Shown here: positions 39,261 through 53,697 of the stretch, piece after piece
Layout: each line of letters starts with the position of its first letter
How positions within the stretch are numbered: the first letter of the stretch is position 1
Assembly: GCF_018977255.1 (NCBI RefSeq)
Contig: NW_024704742.1
Span: 19,036,001 to 19,100,000, forward strand
Direction of reading: 5' to 3'
DNA from: Callorhinchus milii
Taxonomy: Eukaryota
DNA length: 64,000 nucleotides
Notes under the pieces: generated by a model
The model's database searches: none
The model's input: only the letters and a program-made list of their open reading frames with translations
What the model was told of the DNA's origin: nothing
Translations under genes and position numbers: made by a program

Positions 39261-41719
39261 GCTTTGAAAGTGAGGCCCCCAACCCCTAATAATATGTCAA
39301 AACTATTTACAATAACCATGACTGAAAACAGACGCCTTGAAAAATATATACTTGAATTAATATTATTGATGCCCCAGTAATTTATAAGGGTTATAAACAA
39401 CAACAACAACAAAATTAAATTTGTAGAGCGCCTTTCACATCAGGGGGATGTCCCAAGGCGTGCTATAGGAGTTATCCATCAACTCTATGATCTTACAGTC
39501 AGACTTCATCAGTGCTAAGGAATGTGTGTATATCCAACTTCCTAGAGTAGTTGCAACTAAATATATGGAAGCGGAGAAAGCAATTTGGTCCATTAAACCA
39601 CTGTGTTCAAGGAACTGTACATAATTTGGTATTTGATAAACGCTATACCAAATGCAAGGATTATTAGATATTATATTGTTACAACATGTTAGCGTCTAAA
39701 GTGAGGTTTGCCAATTTTTTACTCTTGTTCTCCCGTCCTTTGTTCACCATTTATAGTTAAATAACTGCTTTTAGTTATCTGGCTCTTTTTCACAGTTTTA
39801 TGTCCCCTTTCTTTTCTCATTTCTCAAAGAAGAGCAACTTTAATTTAATTTAATTCTTGCAACTAGGCACTATAAATCCAAGAATCATAATCATTGTCAC
39901 TATTCTCTGAACCTACTGTAATGCACAATTGTTCAGTTGGAAATAGGTTGGCCAAAGTGTTACACAATATTTGAAAAGCAGTCGTGCCAATGACAACAGA
40001 CTGTAAAGAGGTCTAATAAGGTTTCAATATGGAATCAAATTCCTCTTTGCTTTGACATTCGATAATCCCTGTATTTACCTTTTCTCTCATCAATCAATGT
40101 GTTCATTTCAATGCAAGCTTCTTCCGGATCACTCTGCCAAATTCCCATCTTCCATTTTCTCTTTTCTGACCCTTCTGTCTTCCCTCTGCACCTCTTCAGT
40201 CTCTATTTAAGTAAATGTGTCTTTACTATATCTCTATTTATGTAAATGTGTCTTTTGGTTCCTGCTCTCAGAATGAGAGTCAGAGGTAGTGCATAGTTGT
40301 GAACCAGATTTATTCTCAGAAATTATACCATTTACTTTGTCTTTCAATAGCACTGTAAGTGCAGGAGCTAGCAGAGCTATTTATAGGTGTAAATCATGTG
40401 GGACAGGGTCAGACACGCAGTTGATTTAATAGAAATCTAGCTTTTGCAGAATCTTTACTCAAGAGAATAAATGATTCAGAGTCCATATGAAGCACATTTC
40501 TCATGGACTTTGTCAGAAAGATGACTGAATCACTAAGCATCACTTTATCACTCCACATGTTCTTATCCCTCTGTAATTAATGCATTATGTATTCCCTGCC
40601 AGTCAATGCATTCATAACCACTGCCTGTTTCACTAAGAACAAATAATCAAAGAACAATTACTGTTTCCTGCTGACACTTTGTGCTCACAAACTGTTATTA
40701 AGCCTGGAATTCTACCCAGTCTTAGCCAGCCTGACCATTTGTGCTTTAAAGTGTAAAATTACACAGAATTGTGGAAAATTCTTAAATTTAGACTTAATTT
40801 GGAATTCGGTTATCCATGATTCCTAAAAAGAGCCGACTTCCAAATTAAGACTGAATTTAAGAGTTTTCTTAAATAATGTTTAAGCAAATATTGAATTGAA
40901 GACAAAATGATTTTACAGGCTAAGACTAGGTGCAATTTCAGTGCAGGATATCGACCTTGTACAATGTAAGATGCAGGTTACAGACTTTTATGTAGAGGTT
41001 GCAAAGCTCAATTGTTCTTTATAGTTAGGTTATTTAATTTGTTATTCTGCATGCAAATGCTTAATACTGTGTACTTAATATACAGTCAACTGACTTTACA
41101 GCATATTCTGTGAAGCGCTTTGAGACATCTCAAAGAAGTGATAAGGCACTATATCAAATGCAAGGATTATTATTAAGAGTCTTTACATATCAAAATTGTT
41201 TAGAGTGACATCTGGTTTATTATTTAATTGTTCTCATTATGAAACAAGCATCTGGTTAACAAATAGGTTATTAACAATTCTGAACATCCTGTTGGAGCAA
41301 GAGGAGAGTGGATTTGAATTCTCACTGGGTGTACATATTGTCCATTTATGTGTGCCCAGTTGGTTCAATTCAAACCCATATTGATGATGGGTTCTGTCTC
41401 TCTCTAGGGTCACTTAAGGGTCTTGAGTGATGGACATACTCCGTTCCCATCGAGAGAGAATCCATGATGCAAACAAAAATGTCCATTAAAGGACCATTGG
41501 CACTCATTCACTAATCTTGGCTGAAGGAGATTATAATGATAAATCATATGAGAAATGGAAAAGTCATGTTCTTCTGAGACAGCAATTAACTTTTTAATTG
41601 AAAAGACGCTCAGGGTCATAATAATCCATATGGAGTTTCAAAGACATGCATGTAATTTATCAGCACAAAGCACTTAGCACAGCAGCAGAAAAGTCTGTAT
41701 ATATATATAAAAAAAGTAA

Positions 41720-41877
41720 ATTGGTCACTCAATCTACAACTGTTAGTGGGACACTGCTGTGCGCAATTGGCTGCTACATTTCAAAATATACAGTCAATCC
41801 ACTTTACAGTATATTCTGTGAAGCGCTTTAAGACGTCTCAACCATGTGATATCAAATGCAAGGATTATTATTATTAT
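41720..41877 (+). mobile_element. SINE, 3' half
   Basis: Family core and tail. Confidence 0.75.
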
Positions 41878-43243
41878 TTGAAGAGGTGGATTCAGCCCCC
41901 AAAACGTGGCCTGTATTATTTTGACTAAAGAGGACCTGCTCAAATTTGCAACTGGGCACCAAAATAGAAACCTGGATGTTTTTCTTTACCCAAAGAGTAA
42001 TTAACGACTGGAACTTGTTGCCAGGAAGGGTGATGGAAACCAGAATATCGAACTTGTAAAATTCAGCTTGATGCTATGATGAATATTTTTAAAGGATGAG
42101 ATCAAATGTGCCAAAAGGCCTTCTTCATCCAAACCTTTCTTGCAATCTATTCCTGAAGATTTTTCCAATATAATTTAATCAGCAGAAATGTTATTTAAAA
42201 ACCTAATCTATAGCTATATTCACAGGTTAACAAACCTCTCGATTTAGCTCTGACAGAGCCCACAAAATTCCCCTCTCATGCCTCTGATTAGTTCATAGAT
42301 ATTCAAGGATAAATTGCAATCCTTTTTCAGGTTTATCTGAGGTTTGAGATCTATGGAATGTACGCTAAATAACTACTAGATCAACAACAATAATTTTGCA
42401 TTTATATAGGCCTTTGACATTGGGAGGACTTTCTACGATTGCTTCATATGAAAATAACCTGAATTTATAGAGCTCCTTTCACTAGATAATGAATAATTGG
42501 CAATGCACAGAGTCGACAGAATCTTACAGACACTCACTGTAATCAATATTAAAAAAATGCTTATAATTTATATTGCATCTTTTTCTTCAGGAGGATGAGG
42601 TAATGTATTTCATAGGATATACTGCAAAGTGTAATGACTGTATTTTGTAGGCAAATCTGGCAGCCAGTTTGAACATACCAATGTTCCATAACCCACCATA
42701 AACCATGACAACCAATTTCTATTTGGTGATCGTTGCCAAAGTCTATGGATTATGTGTTTTATACTGTGGTCACTTTAATTTGTATTGACTGCGATCTGAA
42801 TGCCTGCAGATTTTTGCTGCAAATATCATTGCTGTAAATAGAGTGTGAAACTCTTTGAAAAGCATGAAATCACAAGCTCATGGGAATTCAATGAATACAT
42901 TTGAGATTTGTAGGCTTCAAAAATTACTCAATTAATTAAAACCAGCCGCGTTTTAATTATTTTCTTTTACATCTCACCTTCATATACCCTTGAAAGATCG
43001 TTCTCTCATTTCCTAGTGTTATTTTCAAACTTTCTCACTGATGATAGTTTTTGAGGTCACCTGAATTTTTTTTTAATCTTTAAGGTCTTTTTTGTTGGGG
43101 TGGTGGGAGGTGATAAGATCCTGAATATCTTAAATGTGTTAAGTATATGCTGTTAAAAATGTGTATGTTTCTCCTGTAATGGTAACATTAAACATGTTAT
43201 TAAGTTAAGAAAAGTCACTCATTTCTTAATCTCTTCCTCACAG

Positions 43244-43297
43244 GTTATAACTATTGGGAAACATGTGAAAGGATACCATTACATCTTTGCCAATCTG
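43244..43297 (+). CDS. GRIA2: GRIA2 exon 5 (VITIGKHVKGYHYIFANL)
   Basis: Acceptor cacag, donor GTAGGT, 54 nt. Confidence 0.95.
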
Positions 43298-43704
43298 GTA
43301 GGTAACCTCTAACATTGTACACTGGAATTGTGTTGTACATAAAATAGGCCAGAACCTGCAAAACCAAACAACTGTAGCTCTGTGCAACATTTATATGTAA
43401 TTAGATTATGTAATACTGTGTAAAGATTCAGATAAGCAGAGATACATTAAGATCATTGCAAAAAAGAGTTTTTCACTGAAATGTACAGGTCTAGAAAGTA
43501 CAATCTGGCTGGACTCAAAGAAAACAATTATGCTATTCTACTATTTCATACACCTCAGTCAATTTGATTGACTAAATACCTATCTATTTTCCTGTTGAAT
43601 TTAGTTACACAATCTACCTCCACCAACTCCCCAGATACACTCATTCAGTGTTCCTTGTGTAAAGGAGTTATAATAATAACCCTTGCACTTCATAACGTAT
43701 CGTA

Positions 43705-44355
43705 CAACAACAACAACAAAAAACTACATTTGTATAGTGCCTTTGACATCGGGAGGCTGTCCCAAGGTAATGGACAATAAGTGTTTTGGATCTGAGTTGG
43801 GGGTCAGGATCGGGGAGGGTGGAGGGTAGGGGGAGATGGAGAGTGCCCGAAGGCACGGTCGAAGAGGAAGGTCTTGAGACGGGTCTTGAAGGAAGCATGG
43901 GAGGGCGAGGCGGAGGGACTGCGGGATAGAGTTTCAGAGGGTGGGGGCAGAGAGGCAGAAGGCCCTCCCCAATGGTGGGGCAGGCAAGGCGGGGAACGTG
44001 AAGCAGTCCGGAGCCCTCTGAGCGGAGGGAGCAGGCAGCTTGGTAAGGGGGGTAAAAAGTCGCCGAGGTAGGGGGGAGCAAGGCCATGGAGGGATTTGAA
44101 GGTGAGGTCCAGGATCTTGAATTGTATCCACTGTGTGATGGGAAGCCAGTGGAGTTGGGTGAGGATGGGGGTGACAGGGTCGCGGAGCCTGGTGTGGAAG
44201 AGGACACGGGCTGCAGAGTTCTGGATGATCTGCAGCCTATGGAGGGAGGAATTGGGGAGGCCGACAAGCAGGGAGTTTGCATGGATGTTATGAATGCATG
44301 CATGAGGGTCTTGGCGGTTTGTGGTGTGAGACAGTGGCAGAGCTGGGCGATGTTG
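43705..44355 (-). mobile_element. L2-type LINE 3' fragment
   Basis: LQIIQNSAARVL...LHWLPITQWIQFKIL...LAPPYL...LKTFLF, with a (CAA)n tail. Confidence 0.88.
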
Positions 44356-46434
44356 ATTTTGTGTCATCTTGTGGAGATAGTAACTATTTTAAATATGTTA
44401 TTGGGATTACGCTCATCTGTAGCCTTTAGGACCTTAAACATTTGAATAAGATCTCCTTTCAGCCTTCTCTTCGGCAGTGTGACCATTTCTAGTTGTTACA
44501 GCTTCTCCTCACAACTCAGTGCCTCACTCCAACTATCATTTTAATTACCCTTCGCTGTAGCATCATAACGCTCATACGCCCATCTATTAATACTGCAAGC
44601 AAAATTTTACACTCCATGCGGTATAGACAAGAGCTCTCCACAAGTTCAGTATCGCTTCCTGAGATTCATGCTCCATCTGTTTACCCATCTACTGCCTCAT
44701 ACTGTGCTGATAATTTCAAGAACATATCCCCCAAATCATATTAAGCGATGAAATCCAGCAGGCCACCAACAATGAACATGTATCCATGTTAGACCCAGTT
44801 AAATCTTTCATTGGACACTGCTATTGTAATGCTTGCTTTCTGCAGCTCACTTCCATTTTGCACAGCTGCATAAAACCATGCCATCTGGAGTTTTCATGAT
44901 ATGAAGGACTCCTGCGGGAACAAGCCTAATTTGGAAGTGAATGCGCTATGTTATTTTCAGGCCAAGAAAAGATGACTGGATGATTGTTCTGTACAACTGC
45001 AGTCTGCAAAAAGCCATGTTCATTAAACGTTGATGTAAATTACATTACCAAAGAGTAAACATTGTATAATTATTTAATAAGGAAGCAGAATTCTAGCTGG
45101 CTGAGTTAAAGTCTTAATTTCTCATAAACAGGTCAAAGACATCTTAAATCAGAAAATATAATGACTGCTGGAATAATTTCATGATATCTTCAGAACACAA
45201 TTTATCTATCTTTTGGGGAAAAAAATGGTTGGGTTTGTTTTGCCACTTAGATCTTACCTAAATTTCATGTAAATGTACATTTCAGTAAGCGCAGTAAGTA
45301 GGAACCCGGTTGTTAGTCGATTGGCAGATCGCTTTTCCGGGGATAATAATCCCTAAAAAAAAACAATAATGCTTTTGTCACTCAATCCACGACTGTTTGT
45401 TTGTGGGACACTGCTGTGTGCAATTGTCTGCTGCAGTATGCCCACAAATATACAGTATTCTCTATGCAGTTACTCATCCCCACTGTTGGGTGTGGAGCCT
45501 TTGTTTCACCTGCCCATCCTGTTAAACAGATCATTTAGCACCTTATTTACTCATCTGCTAATAGATCATTAGTTCTCTATTCCACACAGTAGGTTTGAAA
45601 CACTTGCTATCTCAAGGTCTTAGCATTTGTCTGCTTGTAAGCCATTACATAACAGTAGCTGCAGGCTGACCCCATTTTCCAGATAGCTGTTCAGACACTC
45701 ACTATCACATCTGCCAACCCAGCTGATCTGCAGGGATATGGACTGACATGGGTTTGGGTTGTATCAAAATAGCTCCGGGAAGAAAATAACAACAATAACA
45801 AACAACGACAACAAATTACATTATATAGTGCCTTTCACTTTGGGAGAATGTCCCAAGGCGCTAGGTGTAGGAGCTGGGAGTGGGGAATAAATACAATTAT
45901 GATGTGAAATTTTAACATAATTTGACATCAATTTTAACATTTTTTAAAAAAGATTGTTAGAAGTGTCGGAAACACAGTCAGTTAGTTAATCCCCTAGATC
46001 CAGCCAGCTCTATTATTTTCTTAACCACCCAGGCACTTAAAACCATTTATATCAATACAAGTAATTTCTTCAATGACATGTAAAATGTGAATTTTTGATC
46101 AGGATACCTTAAGAAAAATAATTAGAAATCCCACCAACGCATGAAAACTGTGTCTGGAAAAGTGGATCACGTCAGAGTGGAATTTCTGCTGCTCAGGGTG
46201 ATTTATTTCTCGTTTTCGAATAGGAGTTCCTAATTGTCCAACTCAGATTCCTTATTAGAAAATAATGGTGTTTTAGCCGCTTATTGTAAATGATATAGAT
46301 ACATTTTCCATATTGAATATTGCCAGGATTTCAAAGGCTTTTCTTCGAGCTGCTCCCTTTTCTCCCTGTGGAAGGTAAGCAAAGATTCTTTGGGACTGAG
46401 CCGGCTTCAATGTGACATGGCTGGATATACTTCC

Positions 46435-46597
46435 ATTTACGACTGTTTGTGGGACACTGCTGTGGGCAATTGGCTGCCACGTTTCGCCCAAAAATATCAG
46501 TCAATTCACCTTACAGTCTATTCTGTGAAGCGCTTTGAAACGTCTGGAAGACGTGAAAAAATGCTATGTCAAGTGCAAGGATTATTATTATTATTAT
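46435..46597 (+). mobile_element. SINE, 3' half
   Basis: Family core and (TTA)n tail. Confidence 0.8.
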
Positions 46598-47160
46598 ATA
46601 GAATATCATAATTGAGTCGATCTTTGTGGGAGTCTTAGTAGTTTAGATCCTGAGCCAAGCAGGTTCTTCGACTCCAAGGAATTGTTGATGACAAACCATC
46701 CAACCTTACTTGTCAGCAGCACTTGGAGGAGTTTATCAGTCACTGGCGCCAGGAAATCTTCCCACTCAGCTTCTGTCAACTAAGCAATTCAAAACCCTAA
46801 TGGGATCCTAGCTGGACAAGCAGCAGGAAGCTTGCCAGATAGTGTTTGCATTGGCAAGCCCCTGCGGTTTTAGCTGATTCAACTGCAGTGATAGCTTTAT
46901 GGAAATTCTGGGGTCCCCAAGTCTTTGCTCTTGCCAGACTCCACTTAAGGATCTCCAGAATCGCTTGAGCAAGTGTGTCCCTCTGGGGAGAGAGTGCGCA
47001 TGCCATTCCAGACAAACAGAGGTATGGTTATGCATATACAATACAATTTACATTTAAGTCAGGAGAATGTCTCAAATCACTTATGTGGAACTCGGTGTAG
47101 TTTAATTTGGAATGAAACAAAACCAAATGAATCCATCTTTGTTCTTGTCACTTGCTGCAG

Positions 47161-47322
47161 GGATTTACAGATGGCGACCTGTCAAAAATCCAGTATGGTG
47201 GAGCAAATGTCTCTGGATTTCAAATTGTTGATTACGATGACCCAGTCGTCATGAAGTTCATGCAACGATGGTTGGCTCTGGATGAGAAGGAGTATCCAGG
47301 AGGCAAAACAAGTAAAATTAAG
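47161..47322 (+). CDS. GRIA2: GRIA2 exon 6 ([25 protein letters not shown]...KIK)
   Basis: Acceptor ctgcag, donor GTAGGT, 162 nt. Confidence 0.96.
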
Positions 47323-49794
47323 GTAGGTTTATTATCCGTTCTATTTTCAGCAACAAAGCCATGAAGATCTAACTGCTAAAGCATTAGCTGGTCACAGTGG
47401 AGCGTGATGAAACCCAATGATGTGGCAATCAGAGGGCCCAAAATTCAACTGGTCTTAGCCTTAAGAACATTTAAGTTGTACAGAACCTTGTGAAATTCTA
47501 AATTTCAGTCTCGTTTTGGAAGGTGGCTTTCCATAGTCCTTNAAAAAAAGCTACAGATTAAGGATCAAAAGGCTGTAGATTTATAGGTGAATAAAGACAT
47601 TAGTTAAACTATCTATACAAGGCCAGAATTATACATAACACCCAAATGTTCCAATTAGAAAATAAGAAAATAAGAACATAAGAAATGCTATTTGAAAAAA
47701 GACCAAGGCCCATCTAATTTGCCTTCCATCTTCCTGGCGGTCACATGCACATATGTCCAAAACTACCCATGTATTATATCCCATAATGTTATTTCCTAAA
47801 AGAAAACCATTTAATCTGTGTTTGCAATTCATATGATTCAGGCATTATTGAATACTTTCACCTGTAAAACATTAAATTAAATACTGAATCTGTCCTTCAG
47901 ATGAGACATTAAACTGAGATCCCATGTGCCTGATCAGATGGATGTTAAAGATCCCATGGAACTATGGTAAAAGAGTAGGGAGTTTCTTCTGGTGTCCAAT
48001 ACAACTGGTCATTCATTTTGTGTCTGTTTATGGAACATCGTTGCTCGTCGACAAATTATACAGTGACTGCATGCACAATATATCCTGTGAAGCACTTGGA
48101 GACATTTTCCCTAAGTGACATACGCTAGGTTAAATGTGAGGATTAATTTTTAATATTTATTTAAAAATAGAGGAATATTGAAGGCACTAAAACTCAGCAG
48201 CAAACCGTGTGTCAGAGATACAGGTGATCCAGGAAAGCTTTGAACAAAAGCTGGAGCATTCACTTGAAACTCATCAATATTTTAAGCACAGGTGACAATA
48301 ATACTTCATTCAGGTCTGAAATTGGTTTGTTCTGCAACAGATATGGCAAACAAACAATCACATTGATCATGTCAGCTGAAGATGGGACCGAAATTGTGTG
48401 CTTTCACAGGGAAGAAGATCTATCATCTTATTGCAATGCGATGCTCATCCAACAGTAAAATGGTCAGACAGTTCTCTTCATTTAGCTTTTTGAGTTTGAA
48501 GGTTGTCCTGAACCAACCAGTCTAATGGGCTAAAATTCTGGCACATGCAATGCCTTTAGTAATGTCAGCCACTAATGGGATTTCCCTACTAATTGTGCAT
48601 TGCCGAAGGCGTGAGCTAAACTAAACACTGACTAGAATGTCAGCCCATTAGACTGAAAGAGTACTATGTCTAATACTGTTTGTAGGAAAGCAATTATCCT
48701 CTCCCAAAGGGTTGCACTGTAATCTAGGCCACTTCTATAATGGCCAGAGATATTGCTTCTCAGTGGCTTTCCATTTTGGTTTCTGTTCTCTTAAATATTC
48801 TACCGTGCCTAGGAATCTCCATTTCTACTGAGAAGAATTTACAGAAGAAGTAGAGTTTTATTTGTTTTTTTTTAGAGATTACATCTCTCTCCTGGAGGGG
48901 AAACTCAATGCCTGGGGATCAGAGGTGTAGGTTCGCAGAAGACAAGGGTTAGGGATCTCAAACTGCTCATGGGGACTCTGCAGTATTTCAGAACAACATA
49001 CTTCATTTAATGATAACAATAATAAACCTTGCATTTGATGTAGCATGTTTCACGTCAGGAGACCATCTCAATGCACTTCACAGGATTTACTATAAAATGT
49101 GATAACTGTGTATGTTTGGAGGTGAAGGCGACAGCCAGTTAGTTAGTGCACAGCGATGCCCCCGCAAACAAGTCATGAAGTGAATGATCAATTTTATTTG
49201 GGGGATTATTAACTATGACACTTAGAGAAACTTCCATCTTTGTTTCAGTAGTAATAATAATACTTGCATTTGACGTAGCACTTTTCATGTCAAGAGGACA
49301 ACTCAAAGCACTTCACAGGATTTACTGTAAAATATGGTGTTTAACATCCACCTGAACAGATGGGTTTAACGTCTTGTCTGATTTGATTCATGGTTCAGTG
49401 ATGGGTCCTGCCTGATCAGTGGAAGGGATGATAATTGTATTTTAATGGAAGTATTTCTTGGGCTTTTGACTTTGTGAAATTCTGAATTTTAACTTTTCCA
49501 AAAGAGGTCACCCTCAGGTACTGTATGTTCATTTGTTGTCTGCTATATAGGTTGAAACATTTGGTCTGAAATTCTACCTTGTCTTACCCTGTAACCCCAC
49601 TATGTAAAGTGATTAGGATTGCATGGAACTGTTACAAATTCTTCAATTCAATCTTACTTTAGAAATCGGTACTCTTCAGTTATTAAAAAGAAAGAGTCCA
49701 AATTAAGACTGATCTTAAGTATTTGGCGAGGATGGAGGGTACAGGATTTATTACGTCTACTTTGCTTTGTTTGCTCGTTGTCTCTGTTTCTCAG

Positions 49795-49962
49795 TACACT
49801 TCTGCCCTGACATACGATGCTGTTCAAGTGATGACTGAAGCTTTCCGTTATCTACGCAAACAGCGAATTGACATCTCCAGGAGAGGTAGTACTGGAGATT
49901 GTCTCGCTAATCCTGCTGTGCCCTGGGGACAGGGAATTGAAATTGAAAGGGCATTGAAGCTG
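49795..49962 (+). CDS. GRIA2: GRIA2 exon 7 ([17 protein letters not shown]...IERALKL)
   Basis: Acceptor tctcag, donor GTAAGT, 168 nt. Confidence 0.96.
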
Positions 49963-51300
49963 GTAAGTCTGTCCGTGTTTATAAGAAAACAAAAGGCATT
50001 CACAATATACACATAATAGAAGAAAGATGTTATTGTGAATGTGGTGAAAATCTTTAAGTTCAATAACTTGCATGTTACGCATTTTATTTCAGGAAATACA
50101 GTAGTACTGATTCAAAATGATAAACGAACATCATTTATTGCTGTTGTCATTGCCATCTATCTCTTTTGTGTTGAATAACTACAACTGTTTAACTTCCAAC
50201 AAAGCCTGTTTTCAGATGCTGACATGTTAATGGCATGGCTTGTGTGTCTGAGATGTAATTTATTTGTTTTCAGTCTGCTGGAACTTCCCCAGTGATGATG
50301 GATTTCCTATATTGTCTGTCATTATTGTAAAAATCTCCTGTCTTGTCTCTTAAGTATCCTGGTGGTCTAGTTCTTCTATCCCAGGGGGATCTATTGGTTT
50401 TCAGTGCCTTAAACCTATCTAGAACGTCAGGCTCATTTGTGACAAAGTCCTGGAGTTCATACAATTTTTTCTGGATTTTGGGGGAGCATTTTTATAATAT
50501 CTTTCATGCTAAAAAAAACTCCAGGAAGTAGCTGTTAATATGTTAACTATTGTTCATTTTCTTTATCAACCCTCTTTGGATCTATCTTCTTCGGATTCTT
50601 CCTTAGGATTAGGGTTTTACCATCTTCCTCTACTTACGACTTATATGATCAGTTTACGGACTGAGAAGCTCTGCAACGTGATGTGATGTGGTAAAAGGTG
50701 CAGACAGACTGATTTGAATCCTCAGTTGGAGAAATTTGAGTTTTGCTAAACTAAAGTTTGTTGTGAATCTCCTTTGTCTGCAATTTCTTGACTCCTACTA
50801 CTGTTTCAATACTCATAACCTCTCTGTTGCCAGGTCAACAACATTGATGGAAACAGTTGCATAGTATGACAAGTGGCTGGTTCACCAAATTTCATCTCAC
50901 TTTATTCTCAGCTGCAGATTATAAGGGAGTATATTGCAGTCAAAAGTGATTTTCTTCTTGGTTGGGTACTTTTTTCCTCAAAGAGTATTTTTTTGTTATT
51001 GTCAGAGGTATTTTTCATGTCATGCGTAAGGCAGTTGAAGCTCAATTATCTGAAAATAAGCCTAGGGATACCCGTGAAAGGAACTTTTCTTTTTGGAAGA
51101 AAGATTGAAATCGAAATCTGAAGAATAACTCTGCCACAAAAATGCCCCTGGGCAACTTTCAACTTTCAAGACCTGTTCAGTAGAAAGGGCTGTGCTGAAC
51201 CCTTATTGTGACAATGCAATTAGTCTCCAAAGCAATCTATATATACGTGCTACGCTGTGCCTTTCAAAAAGTTTAAGATTGTCTCTATTTCCTGGTTTAG

Positions 51301-51405
51301 GTCCGTATTGATGGTTTAACTGGAAATATTCAGTTTGATCAATTTGGGAGAAGAGTCAATTATACCGTGAACATCATGGAACTCACAAATAATGGTCCCC
51401 GGAAG
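51301..51405 (+). CDS. GRIA2: GRIA2 exon 8 ([35 protein letters not shown])
   Basis: Acceptor tttag, donor GTAATA, 105 nt. Confidence 0.95.
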
Positions 51406-51731
51406 GTAATAATAATAATAATAATAATCCTTGCATTTGATATAGCGCTTTTCACGTCGGGAGGACGTCCCAAAGCGCTTCGCAGAACACACTGTAAAGT
51501 GAATTGACTGTATATTTGTGGGCGAACGCAGCAGCCAATTGCGCACAGCAATGTCCCACAAACAGCCGTAGATTGAAAATGACCAATTTATTATTGTTTT
51601 GGATTTTGGAGGGATTATTATTAGGCGTGTGGAGTAAGGAAACTTGCCCAAGGTTTCTCCCTGCCTGGAATTGAACTCAGGTCTCTCACTTGCAAAGCGA
51701 GTGCTCTAACCACTGAGCTACAGGACTCCAC
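51406..51731 (-). mobile_element. Full-length young tRNA-derived SINE abutting the exon-8 donor
   Basis: Minus-strand head GTGGAGTCCTGTAGCTCAGTGG...GAGTTCAATTCC; the (TAA)n tail starts at the donor GT. Confidence 0.9.
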
Positions 51732-52171
51732 AGAGGTGTATGCAACTTATCTTTACATTAGCAAAGAATTTCACATTTTTAATGGATAATTTCAGGAGAA
51801 TTGATGATGTTGTTAACGTGTTTGCTTCTTGGAACAGGTACATGTATTACCAGTGTGGACCTTTAGATGTCAACTCTTGATAAACCCATGCTCATTTTCT
51901 CTGTACTCTGTAGCAGTACTTTTGGTGGGTGGATTTGGTTTGTAGCTTCCTGATTGGCCATTTGCAATGGTGGTTCCTAGACATTCATGTAAAGCATTTG
52001 CAGATACATTAAAAAAAACAAGGATTGAGGTCCTCTGTGTTTCTGTCATTTAAAGAAAGTGGGATAGAGAGAGTGAAATAGAGGTACGCACGCATATGTG
52101 ATAAAAGTACTGGTCAAGAATTTTTTTTATATATTTGAATAATTTTACCAAATCTATTGTGAACCTGGCAG

Positions 52172-52282
52172 ATTGGATATTGGAATGAAGTCGACAAGAT
52201 GGTTCTCACGGCAACAGATTTTCTTGGTGGGAATGATACAGCAGCAATGGAGAATAAAACCGTGGTGGTGACAACGATTATG
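52172..52282 (+). CDS. GRIA2: GRIA2 exon 9 ([12 protein letters not shown]...[11 protein letters not shown])
   Basis: Acceptor ggcag, donor GTATGT, 111 nt. Confidence 0.95.
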
Positions 52283-53697
52283 GTATGTTTGGTAATCGTA
52301 ATTTGCAGCTAAAAACTGAGTAATGATGAGCGAAGGAATAGCGTGCAGTGCACGGGGAATGGAAAGCAAATCTCTTCTTGAGAATTACGATCGTGTTCTA
52401 AACAGAATAATAAAACTGATGATTGTATTTTTGGTTCATATTTTACTTTGTAATGTGTTTTTTTACATTTATATTTTGTGAATCCCCAAGAGGTTGTTAT
52501 TTTCTCAAAAGGATTTGCTTTTCTGGCAAACTGTACCATCCTCTTTAGTTTGTAATGTTTTTACTTCATTCAGTTAGTGCTGTGATTGGTGAGCACTTGA
52601 GTCGCTCCAATGGTAGCCATCTAGATAGCCTTACTTTTCAAGCACATGTTAAGTTGAAGTTCAAAAGCAGGGATCCACAGAGGTCAAGCTTTGACATTGC
52701 TTCAAATGGCAACTAAAGGCAGCGTTTCCTGCTAATGGAATGCTTCATTTCTGTAAGGAAAAAAACGTCAGTGTCAATCTCACCTATTGTCAGAAGATCA
52801 CAGATCAGCAGTGACAGTTGTCACAAAGATGTCCATGTCCCCAATGCTGCATGTATAAAATGTAGTGTGGAAGACAGCTGTGAGAGCCCTTGAGGACAAT
52901 GTAGCTGTTAAATATAGAAACAGCAGTGATTTAAAAGCAATTGAAATATATTTCATTTTGTTTATAATTATGTACTTTTTTTAACACATTTTCTTCAACC
53001 CACATTAAGATTAAAATCTGTATTGAAAGAAAATGCATTTTTGGGGGACAGTTTGCACTTTTAATGAAAATAAAAAAACATTTGAATAATTTGCTATATA
53101 ATACAACTCAATACAACTCAAAGTCAGTAATTCATTAAGAAATTGCTACATTTTATTTTTTTAAATAACTTTTAAATTATGGCTTGTTCATTTGTTTGTT
53201 TTCTGTGTATGTGTGTGTGTATATATGTGAGTAGGGGACTGTATGGTTGGTTGTGTATATGTGGGTGTTTGTGTATTTGTCTTAGTGTATGTATTATGTA
53301 TTGCTGTCTGCCTATATGTGTATGGATGTGTATGTGCCAATTCATTGGTGTACTGGATTGCTCATCCACTGATAAAGGATCGGTTTATGCCTATCATTTC
53401 CCACACAGCACTCATTGATCTATAGATGTACTGTCAGAGTAAGACATCAAGTGGAGTCCTGGCAGATCCACACAGGTAGAAGGAAGAGCAATGAACGTAA
53501 CAGCCTGGCTGCTGCCCATTTCCTGTCAGCCAAGTACTGTCAGCAGACAGACAGAGGGCTGGAGGAAGGTCACCTGTTATTCTCTTAGTGATGGAGTAAC
53601 ATGTGGTTTGGGAGTGACTGATATAAAAGAGGGATAGTGAAATGTTTGCAATTTGAAATAAATGAAAGCATTTTGTGACACAAACCTTCTGTCATAG

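Noticed and set aside
40200..40255. 25-bp tandem duplication (another small one at about 56916-56966)
   Set aside because: Ordinary slippage duplication with no sign of function
47542..47542. Single N base
   Set aside because: Assembly ambiguity, not biology; intron 6 length may be uncertain
51655..51731. tRNA gene (also 37365-37435 and 62811-62880)
   Set aside because: tRNA-like heads continuous with SINE bodies; no convincing acceptor stem
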